DNA from: Epiperipatus broadwayi
Taxonomy: Eukaryota; Animalia; Onychophora
Length of the DNA: 64,000 nucleotides
Assembly (NCBI GenBank): GCA_028023455.1
Contig: JAQFVV010000008.1
Location: 9,610,001 to 9,674,000, forward strand
Direction: 5' to 3'
Part shown: positions 1 through 13,600 of the stretch, in pieces
Numbering within the stretch: position 1 is the first letter of the stretch
Layout: each line of letters begins with the position of its first letter
Translations under genes and position numbers: made by a program
Notes under the pieces: model-generated
Databases searched by the model: none
Seen by the model: only the letters and a program-made list of their open reading frames with translations
Told to the model about the DNA's origin: nothing

Positions 1-633
1 GTCTTTACCAATCTAATATTATATATTCAGAATGTTTTCTTTTTTGATAATTTAAATAACTTTAAACACCCATATTGTTATAACTTTGAATTAATTAAAA
101 TTGAATTTTAAAATATGATAACAATTTAAGAATAATATTTTCTTTCTATCAATATATATAAAAATATCATCTTGTATTAACAAGATTAATTTCCAAACAA
201 TAAAATGTGGGAGGCAAATTAAAAAAACCTTATCTTAGAATAATTGTATTGTAATGTTATACTTTCATATGATGATAATGAGTGCTTATATGTTCTTGAC
301 TGTACTGAATGACATATATATATATTCAGAAGGTAAACATTACAGTTGAACTATATAAAAAGCTTTAATTGAATTTTTACAATTTTACTTGTTTTTCAAT
401 TTTTTTTTTTTACAAGTCTAAAAAATAATTATCTTTGATTATATTATTTACTTAATCTAGTTGTTTTTGAATAAACACACTATATGTATATAAGAAGTTT
501 TATCAGTTTTAAGAAAGCAGAAATTTGGTTTTGAGGGGGGGGGGTGACTGTCACTGCAGTAAGCTCATGCTGATAAATCCTACAAATCAATAGCCTTATT
601 ATTTGCCTAAAGGTTTGTGACGTATTAAATGAG

Positions 634-1305
634 ATATGTTGAACTATTTCTATCATCTATCAGTAAAGGTTGAATGTATACAAAATTTTAAACTTTTTAA
701 ATTCAAACAACTTGTTAGTAATAACACATAAATAAACAACATGGGTTAGAAATTGCACATTTCGAGTAGTATTATTCTGCACTCTTCTTCAGATGTTGCT
801 GGCCTGACCAGAGACAATATTAGGAGTCAAATTTACATCTTTAGATTCTCAAATATTGAATTTTTAAGGCAATGCTTTAACCAACTGAGCTATTCTGTCA
901 AAGGTAAGAGATATTAGAAATTTTATATATTTGTATATGAGGATTGGATCTTTTAATTTTTTATTTTTTTAATATTTTTTTCTAAGAACAAAAAAGCTTC
1001 CATATATTGTGTATTGCCACACTATGTTGACTTATAGGGTTATTTGCCATTGTCAAATGAGCAGCTTCTTTGAATTTTCTTTGTTGCACCTTTTGTTCTT
1101 TATTCAATATTTTTGTATTTTCCCAGTTGAACATATGATCTCCTACTATAGACACATCTGTTTTTTTTCTTTTAACCATTGGTTTATGTTCCTTCAATTG
1201 CTGTTCAACAGGGTGACAGATCTCACCAATATACTTCATTCCATATTCACAAAGACAAACTAAAGATGCAGCCAATATAACATTAGAACAGCTTTGTAAA
1301 GCCAC
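634..1305 (-). mobile_element. Penelope-like element 3' fragment (GIY-YIG endonuclease C-terminus plus 3' UTR/pseudo-LTR), left arm of an inverted pair
   Basis: ORF 982..1305(-) contains CEYGMKYIGE...LKEHK...FNWENTKILNKE..VQQRKFKEAAHL, the second half of a PLE GIY-YIG domain. 634-1250 is the reverse complement of about 1390-2027. Confidence 0.8.
752..800 (-). ncRNA. Degenerate hammerhead-ribozyme-like motif in the PLE 3' UTR
   Basis: Minus strand reads acatCTGAAGAagagt-gcagaataatact-actcGAAAtgt: a CUGANGA core, gagt/actc helix II and GAAA. Helix III looks decayed. Confidence 0.45.
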
Positions 1306-1765
1306 ACCACACTTTGATGAATTCTATCTGCCACCAAGCCTAAACTGGAAATGCTGAAGAACAAAAACTGCATCTATGAAATACCATGTGAATATGAAAG
1401 AAGTATATTGGTGAGACCTGTTCGCAGCAATTGAAAGAACACAAACTAACTGTTAAAACAGAAAAAACAAATGTATCTACAACAGCAGACTATGTATGTA
1501 CTAATGACCATATATGTTCAATTGGAAAAATACAAAAATATTGGATAGAAAAGAAAAGGTGCAAAAAAGAAAATTCAAGGAAGCTGCTCATATAATAATG
1601 GCAAGTAATCCTATAAGTCAACCCAGAGTGACAATATATGAAAAGCCTCTAATTAATTTCGCTCTTAGAAAAAAAGTAGTAAAAAAAAAATAAAAAATTG
1701 AAGGATTCAGGAGGATTTGAACCCTCACATATAGATATATAAAATTTCTATAAGCTTTTGCCTTT

Positions 1766-1852
1766 GACAGAATAGCTCGGTTAGAGCGTTGCTTTAAAAT
1801 TTGATATTTGAGAATCTAAAGATATAAGTTTAACTTCTATCCTAATATTGTC
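1766..1852 (+). repeat. tRNA-derived segment inside the PLE 3' UTR (mirror copy at 813-899, minus strand)
   Basis: 5' gacagaata pairs with 3' tattgtc. The mirror copy reads TAGCTCAGTTGGTTAAAGCA (A-box/D-arm-like); the B-box is degenerate. Confidence 0.5.
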
Positions 1853-1861
1853 ACTCAGACC

Positions 1862-1912
1862 AGTTACACCTGAAAGAGAACGGAGAATACTACTACTCGA
1901 AACATTGTGTAA
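1862..1912 (+). ncRNA. Degenerate hammerhead-ribozyme-like motif, second copy
   Basis: ttacacCTGAAAGAgaacggagaatactactactCGAAACattgtgtaa. The flanking ttacac/gtgtaa can pair as helix I; the core has an altered CTGAAAGA. Confidence 0.4.
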
Positions 1913-4900
1913 TTATTAACCTGTGTTGTCTATTTGTGTTATAATTAACAAGTTGTTTGTATTTAAAGTTTAAAATTTTCTATACATTCAACATTTACTG
2001 ACAGATAATGGAAATAATCCAACATATTATCACAGCTTGCCTTATAATATATTGTACATCTGCTGCTATAGCTACTAAAAAAGTTACCTTAAATAATGCA
2101 TGTGCAAAAAAAAAAAAAAAAATTCTATTAGATCAATAGTGAATCTGCCTTTTACCATCTCACAAAATTAGAATTCAAACTACATTCAGGAAAATTTACT
2201 ATTAACTTTCTTTTAAATAATTTGCTTAGCAATTTGTTCAATATTTGTTCTACTCCTTTGATTGTTATCAAAAAAAATATCTATATTATCCTATATCTGG
2301 GTGAGAGATATTCTTATATCAGAATATCATTCAAATTATCTTGTATTTTGTTATTACTAAAAGTCTACAACAATAATATAAAAGATTCAACTCATTTTAT
2401 AAGTAGTAGTATTTGGATGAATTAGTTCTTGCATTGACATTCTTTCACTTATTTCAGCTTTTCATTGCTTTTATATAAAATTCAAATTGTAAATAGCCAA
2501 ATTGCTTTATAATATTATTCTTTTGTTAATTATTAATTAAATTTATTTATATAACAATATTTATTCTACATGCTCCAAAATTTTAATTATACTTAATAAT
2601 CATTGTGTGCTCATATTCCTATATTATTAGTTCTAGGATATTATATAACTTACTTTCATTTAAAACCTATCCATTACAATGAGTTCATTTGTTGAAGTAA
2701 GATATTTTTATAGATTTATATTTAATGTTGTTTTATTATTTATTTATGTAAATTCTCTGCCTCCAATAAATGATTTGAAAATAAACTACTATGATTAAAC
2801 ATCGCACAATAACACTTGTTCATCATAGATGGTAATTGCTATTCTTTTAATATAATTTATTCTAGCATCCTAATTTTAGAACTACATTATTGCTTAAAAC
2901 TATCAAGAAAATGATAAAAACATCAATATATTCATGTAATACATATATATCCAAATCCAATCAGAGACTATAAACAAATATATTTTTTCCTTTTTTAAAA
3001 AAGATCCATTTGAATTCAGTGCAAGTTAGTAGAAAATAAATAATTTTTTTTAGCAGAACAGTAATAATCGAAATATCGATAACTGTAGTTAATATAAGCA
3101 AATTTGAATAATGTAAAAAAAAAAAACAACAAGCATACACACTGCAATTTGAATAATAATTAATAAATAGAATTAAAGTTTCTAGTTAGATAAAATATTA
3201 AGTCAATCCCAAAGTTATGTGTCTATATATATATAATTTACTTTATTTTCACCACATTCCATTTTTCTAATTAATATTTTAATAAAGGATTTACTTACAT
3301 TATCCTACATTTAATATCATAGTAGTGTGTGCAGTAAGTTTGGTATCTTTATAATGACTCTAATAATAATAAATAACAATAATTATAGATATGATTAAAA
3401 CATCTTATTGATAAAGAAAGGTTTATATTTAAACATGAATTAAATAGTACATGATATGATTATTCAACTATTTTCAGGAAAAAATTATTCTAAACAATAA
3501 AATAAATTCAATTTAATTAAAAAAAACAAAAACAACAACGTACAACTAAATATATGGTAATTTTACAACACTTTTTATAGATATTGTCATAGTCGCATTT
3601 TAAAATTAGATAGGTTATTAAATAAAGGTAATACAGTGATACTAGAGTTCTATAGCTAAGTTTTATCTTTGATAACAAAAAAAAAAAAGATATTATTTAA
3701 AGTTGCTTTACTATGCTATATAACTAATGTTCTAAATTTCAATCAATCAAATAGGCATTTCAAATATTTTAGTAATATCAGTGAAGTTTGGAATATCAAT
3801 ACCAGATATAATTCCAAATAAATATATTCTAAATATAAGGTTTTTTTCAATATGTTGGTAATAAACTTTATCTTGTGTTGGAAATGAAAGTATTCATTTA
3901 TTATTAAGATTCATAAAGCACATGTGCATTAACTTGAAAAGCTGATCTTTAGTTTATTACAATTCATAAACATCGCACTATATAAAATAAAAGATCTCAT
4001 TTAAATATATTGGTAAGTTAATTATCAACATATACATTTTCCATTATTTTAATATATCAGTAACAAAAGATAATGAACTTACTAAATAATAATAATAAAA
4101 CCTAAAATCAAGTGATTTTTTTTTGACTTATGACCAACTATATTCAATCTAATTAACCATCCAATTATAAATCGGTAAATGGATTTTTAATTATTTTTAG
4201 CTAGTGTAAAACATAGAGAAAAAAACATAAAATTTTCATCATCCAGCAATTTACAATCCATTTGATAAATAATATAACCTTGCCTTAAAATGGGCTATTT
4301 AAAGACAATAATTTTTGCCTTACGTCAGAAGTTGTTAATGATAACATAATTCATAAATATTATTTTAAAAGCTAACAATGAATTTTTGTTGATATTTATT
4401 TTCCTAGTAATGTGTGAAATTAAAGTTTTCTATAGAATATCTAAAAATTCAACATAATAGATGTATAAAATAGCAATTTTATACATTTCCTAGGTTCACT
4501 ATAGATTTTGTATAAGGCAAAATATGAAATGAGGAAAATTATGGCAATGAAGATAACTCGTCATTATTGTTTGTTAAATATTTCTTTTGCTGCTCTTCTT
4601 TCACTATTTTAATTAGATGTTCTTTCACTATTTTAATTAAGTATCATCAATACAAAATTTTCTCATTTCAGTTTTGTATTTTATTTATAATTAGTTTGAA
4701 TTTCACAGAATTTTAATTTAATAATATTGTCTATTATAATTTGGCAAAAATAAATAAATAAATAAAGTCATTCTACAAAATATTTAGATATGCTGTAAAA
4801 TATTTTAATTTCATGTAATGCCAGTAACAAGTGTACATAAACATCAGTCGAAGGATTACAAAATTGAATATTTTTTTCCAATTACACTACAAATTGTAAA

Positions 4901-6606
4901 ATATAATTCAAAATAGCCCACAAAATGTTAAATCAAATACAATCTCAAGATAAATAAATAAATAATAATAATCCTGGGAATAATATTGAAATACTCTACT
5001 TTTGTGAAAAGATAGCTTCTGTTTATGCTGTAAAGAAGATTCAGGGCCTCAACATTGTTTTTGTACATTGCAATACTTAGGTATTCTTTTTTTTTTAATC
5101 ACTAAATGTGTATCATATAATGATCTCACTGCACAATGATAAAACAATTCCTGACAATTTATGTAAATAATCTTTTGGCACATTTATCTTTATTGAAATA
5201 ATATCTTTTTAGTGCAGACTTTAATTATTTCAAAATTATATTTATTAGAACAACTATCATTATTTATTAATAATTTCTTTCTTTATAAAAATGTTTCATT
5301 AATTTTCATATTTAAAATTTTCGTTGATGGGATATTCATTTACCGCTTTAGAGGTTTCTAAGCTAATTAAAATACCCCAGAAATTAGGTCTAAAATATTG
5401 AAGAGAATGAATAGAATACTTATAGGATAAGATTCAAAAAATAAAAAAAATAGAGAAATGTAAATACATATAAACATACACAACCAAATACAGTCAACAC
5501 TTTTGCAAGTGACTTTGATAAAGACAATATATATTGCAGATTCCTCTCAATTAGCATAACATTCATATATTTTTAATGTTTCTCTTAATAGCTGAACTAA
5601 TTTTGTGATTGTCATTGTAGGGTGCTATCAAATCAAATTCCTAGTAATAACATGAAATATTCACTATTTTTAATATAGTATAAGGCAATATTTTAAGATT
5701 CTTTTCTCCTGCAAACAAAATGTTCTGGCTGTTGGCATCAATATCATTTCATATAAAAACTATCCAATTATAGATAATAGTCATACAATAGTTATAAAAA
5801 AAAAGGTATAGAACTTCATTATGAAAACTATTAAAGAGAAATAAATTCAATATAAAATGAAAAAAGTTATACTTAGATATGGTATCTTGAGTTTGCAAAG
5901 ATTTGAGATCAATGAAAACATTAGTAATTGTCATAAAGTGGGGTTTTTTTAGAGCTATTTTTCTTCTGATTCAATTTTTGAAAAGCCACTTACATATAAT
6001 ACAATGTGACTATTCTATTGTCTTCAGTTCTATATCCTATTAAAGTAATGAGATGATAAGCTTATAAATGGTAACTTGTTATTCCAGGGAAACAAAAAAG
6101 TTAAGGCTGTCTATTATAATTTATCTTTGACAGACCATTTATGCATATTTAAATGTCATAGTTTAAAACTTCAGCATGATTCATTCAATTACATGTAGTA
6201 ACATAAAACTCAATCCTTCAATTGCCCTTGCAGAAGACAATTTTCTGCAGAAATATTTAGTTTTCATTAGATCTTGTACAGACAATTTCCAGAATAGAAA
6301 AAAATTTCTAACAGTTTTAAATGCCAAAAGTATGTTTTTCAAGCTTCTGAATTCTTGCAAGTAATGAAGATCAAAATTAATTCAAATTAGCTTATAATAA
6401 TCAATATGAATTTTAGGGTATCACAACAACAATGTTGTCAAAATATCCTAATACTCTGCCCTACTTGCCCCTTCCAATATAAAAAGTACAACAAAATAAA
6501 GATTATGATTTGGATTCATTGTTAATTAATAGTGATGAAAGCAGCTAATTAACTAAAAAAAAATTTCTTAACCAAAAATACATCTTAGGAAGAGTATATA
6601 CAAAAA

Positions 6607-6720
6607 TCATTACTCAGAAGTTCGTTAAGAAGATCGCGCACAGAAAGTGATAGAGCAGAGTTGTGGCCTGAACCTTAAGCTCCAAAGATTGCTGTTCTAC
6701 TACTGCACCAAACTACCAGA
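6607..6720 (-). repeat. Decayed tRNA-derived SINE-like repeat
   Basis: Minus strand has tggtgcagtagtagaac (A-box-like) and ggttcaggcc (B-box-like). Its tail cgaacttctgagtaat resembles the tails at 39374-39706. Confidence 0.4.
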
Positions 6721-7509
6721 ACAAATTTTAATTTCAATGTAACACATCAAAAATTTAGATATAAGGTATTGCACACACATCAATAATAAGTTTCTTAATA
6801 GTTTCCAATAAATATTATGAATTTTGAAAGATTATTGTACTTTTATTTTTCAGCCTCTAGCAAAACATTTATTTTTTTAAATAGACCTATTAACACTAAA
6901 TAGTTAAGAAAAAAAATCAAACTACTCAGTCAACTATTGAGAACTTTAACAAACAACAAACAGACTGAAAAACTCTAAACATCTTACTGAAGGCAGTTAA
7001 CCTATCAAATAATGTGTTTTCAGTAAGATCAAAACTAATTTGATATTCAATGTATTGTTCTGCAGTAGTCAACCAATCAATTAATTATATTTATTTTAAA
7101 AAATCAAGATTCATATTTTTAAAAATACAGAATTGATACAAAAACTTGCATGTATCTAAACATATACCCTAGATAATATATTTAAAATGATGCATATAAA
7201 CAAAAATGGAAGTATTTACACACAAATATTGTATAAAGCCTTTATATATTCTTTTTTCCTAAGGAAAAAATCTTTTAAGTAGTTGCTCATAAATAAATAT
7301 ATATATAAACATTAACGTCGGCATGAGAAGATACATTCTTAAGAAGACTAAAAAAGGCAGTAATCATCATCTTCAGCATTAAAAACAATGGGAGATAATG
7401 ATAGGAAATTACCAGCCAGTTATTTTTTAAATGTTTTTAAAAAATTTTGGTTCTAATTTATTGAGGATATATATATATATTTTGAAAGATGAGAATCTGA
7501 TAAGTGAAA

Positions 7510-7625
7510 ATTACTGGCAAACACTGATTGAGATTACAGTGCCAGAAAACAATATTACAAAAGAAAGAAAAGATAGTAAAATAGAAAAAAAAAAGTATTT
7601 AAATCAACTTGGATTTGAAGTTCTC
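7510..7625 (+). pseudogene. Fragment resembling the restriction-like endonuclease end of an RLE-type non-LTR retrotransposon
   Basis: LIEITVPENNITKERKDSKIEK resembles the D/E-x-T-VP...E-K-x-x-K-Y motif of R2/R4/HERO-type ORFs. Short, with no other domain nearby. Confidence 0.35.
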
Positions 7626-10600
7626 ATTTTCTGATTTTTAAATTTTATAATACTTCTTTGAATTTGAGTTATATGTAAGTGCTTGAATTATACCTGGTGT
7701 GCAAATTGAAATACATTTTTAAGATGGACACTATATATTTTTTCTGAACAAGTCTAATGATGGCAATAAAACTTCTGTAGTGATTTATAAATATATATAA
7801 AACTTCAATTTTTATGTTTAGATATGTAAATAAAATATGCAAGATCTTATAGCATAGTGTTTAGCATATATGCTTGTTCATTCCAATGATCAGGAGTTTG
7901 AATATCAATAAAATTTAGAGTTCAGAACTTTCAAGATATACAACTAGATAATTGTAAATCATCACTTCTCAAATATGAATAGTATAATGTACTCTCTTTC
8001 TAAAGAAAGCCTATGCCCTGCAATGGACTACTTTATGATGTTTGCATTTTTTAATTATTATTGACAAAACATAAGTGCAAACAATTAAATTTTGTATTTT
8101 ATTTATTCAGAATTTGTTGTTTTAAACTCATGATTTAATTCCTACCATGTATTATATATTATATATTTATGCTTTTACATTTAATTTAAATAAATATTGA
8201 AAAACAATACAAAATATATACCTAAACAGTGGCATATCAAATAATGCATGTTACAAATCATATTACAAATTTAAATATTTCTTTCAATTAAAAAACATTC
8301 ACAATCTCTTATACTACAGTGCAGTGATTGTACAAACCTCCACAAATTATTAAAAATGAATAAAAACCAATCACTATCCTGTGTAAGAGATATAATGATT
8401 CACCAAGCTGTCAACATGGGCAATGAGACTCAGGTGTTATAAATCTCTATAATACATACTATTTATTAACAGAAATTTAAAATGTATATTTGAATTAGGG
8501 ATAAACTTTTTATAAATAATTAGTAATAATTATTGATATGTATTATATAAATCCAACTGTAGTAATTTATCTATAAATAATGAACAAATGAATAAGACAT
8601 ATGCAAGATATTAAATCTAGGTCAACTAATGAGTGCTGGTTCAGCATGAAAAGCACATGTTGGAAATCATTTGTCTTTTTCACATGTCTATGATCATATT
8701 TTTCTGAAATATATAATGAAATGTTTTAAATATATCAATATATATATAGATAAAATTAGCAATTTATATATTTAAAAATGTATGTACGAAGTTTTTATGT
8801 ACGACTTACTTGAAAAGTGAAGTAGATATTTCAAAATGCAATTATGGTGAGAGAAGTGAGTCTGACTTCTGTGCTGATGGATAGTTGTGATATGACAGAG
8901 CTAAGGTGAAAGATGCACTGATAAAAACAAAAACTTGAAAATGTATAAAGAAATAGCTTTATTAATTGCTAAAATATTAAAATATTTTTATAGGAATTGT
9001 TTAAAATGATAGAATTTGTGCATTAAAATAGTAAAAATGAAATATAATTTTAAGTTTTTAAAAAAAATCAAGAACTTGGAAAATCAAGGAAGAAGGGTTG
9101 ATGATCCCCATTTAGACTATAAATCAGAATCTTAAACATCTTTAGAATAAATTCAGCAATAAATAAATAATTTTGAAATTGAAAACAATTTATTTTTAAC
9201 AAAGCTACAAGAAGGTTATAACTATTAGTATGAAAAAGTTATAAATAAATAGTTAACTTTTATTATACAGATTTTTTTTTATGTTTAACTATTATATTTG
9301 TATTATACATGAATTTGTTAGTATCTCAGATGATAAATATGCTGAATATCACCACTGCATATAATAAAATGTTTACCTTTCATATACAACTAATAAAAGT
9401 ACATACATAATCTCTAATTAGGTTCAACTATTTTGAAATAAGTTTATTAAAATAACTGAAAAAAACAAAACAAAAATAACATCAATTCTGTGGGGATGCT
9501 AATATTTTGTATTCCTATCATTTGTTATCAGTTACAGTTAGTATTTTCTCCACTAATGCATGAAAGTATAATTTCCACTATGATCAATCAAAATCAATAT
9601 AAAGTGGTATATTTTTCTAAATATATATTTTTTGTTTTATTAATTTTTAAGAGGATGTTATAAATTAATTGTAATTTATCTTTGTAGTTAATTTTTAAAA
9701 CTTATAAATATATGTGGATATTAAGTTCAGCATTATTTACAAATTTATCATGTAATTTTAAAAAGTTAGATGTAAATTGTTATTATAATAATGTGCAAAA
9801 TATTTAAAAATTAAATAATACCTAAAGGACCATTCTGTTAACACAATCTGCTTGATTTTAAATACAAAAACTGACTGGTATGATAACAATACACATGACC
9901 GCATATATCCTAATAGTATAGGGGATTGGGATCATTGATAAATATCATTTCTTGGTCATGGCATCTTTAGAATACTATTGCCTTGATTGCTGGACCTGGA
10001 TTCTGCATTCAAAACACATGCATACACATACATAAAAATAAATACACATGAATTCATATATATATATATAAATTAAACAGTAGCATGAAATGAAAAACTG
10101 CTTATAAAAATGTCATAAAAATTACAGTTGAATCTCAATAAATATTAACTGTAAGAGACCTCCATTTTTTCACTTTTACTTCATCTGACAAATAATTTAA
10201 GTGTATTAATATATATTTTTAAAAAACATACTTTAATTAAAAAATTTTAAAATTAAAAGTGATATATAATATAAAACAAAATGTGATTTTTGAAAAAGGA
10301 ATGCTTTTTTTAAAAAATCTAATTTATTGTCATTTATTCTTTTCAATAAAAAAAAAAATCTTGCAATAAAAACGATTCCCTTCAATGTTTAATAATATAT
10401 AAAAACAAATTATACCAAAACAGTCGGTTTGTATCATTATTTTAGTATATATTCTCAAAAGCATTAATTTTCTTTTTCTTCCAATTTTGCATCTTTTTAT
10501 GCTTATTCAGAATGTTTTCTATTATTTTCTGTGTGGTGAGGGTTCTAAGTTTATAAAAGATATAAATTCAATTTCAGCATTGATAGTGGTTCAAACAGCA

Positions 10601-13600
10601 GTACAGACAACTTGATTTAAATAACTTCAACATCAGCATTATAAGTAAGTAGTTGATATGAAATTATACCCTTATTAGAATAAAAGTAGCTTTCAAAACA
10701 TCCCAAGCATTATTTCAGTGCAGCAGCATCATATACATGCTTACAATAAGGACAACTATTTGTCAATAAGAAAACTATTCATCAAATTTCCAAGTTAACG
10801 AATATTCATTCCACTGAAGTACAGAAGATTATAGTTTCACTATTTGAGGACAATAGGAAATATTTAACAAATAATCTGTGTGGAAAAGTGTCAAATATTA
10901 TATCAACATACGATTGTGTTTGAAATTTCCATGAACTAGAGATTATATTCCCAACTAGATATTATATTCCCGAGAAAAGAAGAGGTTCGATATTTAGAAG
11001 AAAATCATATTTAATCACAATGTTTTTGAATCTCCCTATTTCTGCAGTCTTACATATTTATTTACATTACTGACATTTACACATATAGATCTAATTTTTT
11101 AAACAATAATATTTAATTATTAGAATAAAAGAAATTAATGTACATTTAAAAATGTAATAAGTTTAAAATAAGATAATAATAATTGAAATAAATAAATTTA
11201 AGTAGTAATCAGTTTAAAATAAGATAAAAATAATTGAAGTAAATAAATTTAAGTATGAGAACAAATAGTTAAATACTAAGAAATGACTTGTCAATAATAT
11301 GATTTAACCACAGTGAATCTATTCTTCCAGCTTACTTTTTATAAGATCATAGCTGCACAAGCAGTGAATCTAAAAATAATGATCTTGGCTATCAATTAAT
11401 AACTTCCAATATTAACACTCCAAAATTCTGAACCCAAAACATATATGTCCAATTATATAGATCTAATAGAAGACTAAGTAATCAGAAAGCAATAATAAGT
11501 CTCCAAATAGTGACTATACTACTAGTTTGGTGTCCATTAATTATCTATTCAGCACTAACATACAGCTGTGAATGAAGATAAATAAGTAACACCACTGTAT
11601 GGCACATATATTCTATTTAAGTGAGATTATTAAACTAATTTCAGATGTATATAAACAGCATGACAGACAATTTTTAAGTGAAAGCAATTATTTGTCTAGC
11701 ATACTTTCTATATTAGTGTTTACTGTTTATCAACCACTCAATGCATAAAAAAAGTTATGGTGCATAAATATAAATATATTTATTACTAGGGTAAAAAAAA
11801 CCCAAAGAAACATAAAGAACTATGTATTAACACAGTAGTTTGATAATAGTTATATGTATAATGTATTATGAACATCAAACAAAAAGTAAGATTAGCTTCA
11901 TCAATGATAGTTAAATAAGAGCTAAAAACAATAATGTCTTAAAAATCAAAAAAATATTATCTCATTGAATAAATAGTGTTGCAGGAATCCAGAAATCACA
12001 TTTTTTATGACCAAATCTATCACTCTGTTGCCTTAAAAGGTGAATCAGTATCTGACTAAATCACATTTCCAACAGAGCAAATAATTTATGAAAGAATATT
12101 ATATTGGCGCTGTAACATGACTGATAATAAAAGTGGATGAAAACAATTCTGTGCGCTTAAATATATATAGTGGATCTGTGATATATACTACATTTTGTTC
12201 CAAGTTCTTCCCGGTGTAAATTGCACATAATGTATAATAGCTCATTTTGTTGATAAACTTTGATTAAAATATGTAACTTAGTGAACTGCAAGTATGCAGT
12301 ACTTTTCAACACACACACACAACAATAACACATATAGTTTTTCATATGTAAAGTATGTAGGTATAAATTAAAATTATAGTAAAAACAAAATTTTAAATTG
12401 AAATAATAATATAGTTATTAATAATAAATTGAGGGGACCCATTTGTGAAATGCCGGACTTTCATTGTAATTAAATATGCTCTGGGCAATATTCTTTTTTT
12501 CTCTATAACTTTTTTCTCTTAAAGAAGCATACTAGAACTACTTCATTATCAAGAAATTATGATTTCTCTAAATGTTTTTTTAAGTCAGTACTAACTTGAA
12601 ATATGTTCTAAAATTTTGTAAAACTTTTATTATTACTTTTAGAAAATATTTTATTATGCAAAATACTGCATATTAAATTCAGAAAAGATAAAGGAAGAAT
12701 AAAATGTATGTGCTTTCAACATAAACTGAAGAAATTTTATTAATTACAGCACTCTGAGATGAAAAAATGGCTGCTGTTGCAATTTAAAACGTGCCCACAC
12801 ATGGCAACAAAATTAGCTCGAATATCATAAAATGTATTAAATTTGCAAATTTTAATGCTTTTATTTGTTTGTTTCTATTTTTTTTTATTAGCAAATAATT
12901 GAAGTTATATGCTTTGATATAGAGTAGTCCATAGTTTCACTGTATGTCTACTTGTATTAAAAAAAAAGGTGAATTAATAGGCACTCCTGCTAAACTAGCC
13001 TTAAATGTGTTGAGCATATTAACAAACAACAATAAATGAGCAAAAGAAATATTGTGCTTTACCTTGAAGCAAAAAGAAGCAGACATTAAAAAACATTTTA
13101 TTAATTATTCTACTCCCAGTCATGATGAATCATGATTTTTAATTATTTAAAATTTATCATTTAGTAAATGTAGCAAAAAAAAAAAAAAAAGCAGCACACT
13201 GCAAATGTACATATGTCATTGTTGTCTACAGACAATTAATTCGTTTTGAAAATGAAATTTTCAAAATGATAATGTGATTTATAGGAATTTTTATAATTTA
13301 AAAAAAAAAAATATTAAAAAAAACCCACAATGAATCCAAGTACAAGAATTTTAAAGTGAATTGACAAATACTTTCATAGTAAGTACTTTTACATTATATC
13401 AAATAAATTGACTTGATAAATTATTTCAAATTTATTCTTCAGAAAGTAAAACTAGTTTTAATTATAAAAATAAAATTGAATTTATCAGTATATTAACAAG
13501 TACATTTTAAAATAATCATTTGTTTGTTTTTGAATGCAATGGTATACATATGAGCATGTATGTATAAATTGGCTAATTTCAATTAATATATATTTCTTTC

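Larger units (their letters stand above)
1310..2027 (+). mobile_element. Penelope-like element 3' fragment (frameshifted GIY-YIG plus 3' UTR/pseudo-LTR), right arm
   Basis: Translating across frameshifts gives KNKNCIYEIPCEY..KYIGET..QLKEHKLTVKTEKTNVST..KVQKRKFKEAAHIIMASNPISQP, matching the PLE GIY-YIG pattern. Confidence 0.8.

Noticed and set aside
813-899. Functional tRNA gene
   Set aside because: The B-box is degenerate, the anticodon arm pairs poorly and the segment is embedded in a repeat. The same applies to the other tRNA-like segments.
1009-1263. 84-aa plus-strand ORF
   Set aside because: Antisense shadow of the GIY-YIG frame.
1990-2097. Possible minus-strand exon (VTFLVAIAADVQYIIRQAVIICW)
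   Set aside because: It partly lies in the PLE inverted-repeat arm, and I found no recognisable homology or partner exons.
9822-10002. Minus-strand exon candidate with AG/GT boundaries
   Set aside because: All three frames contain stops.
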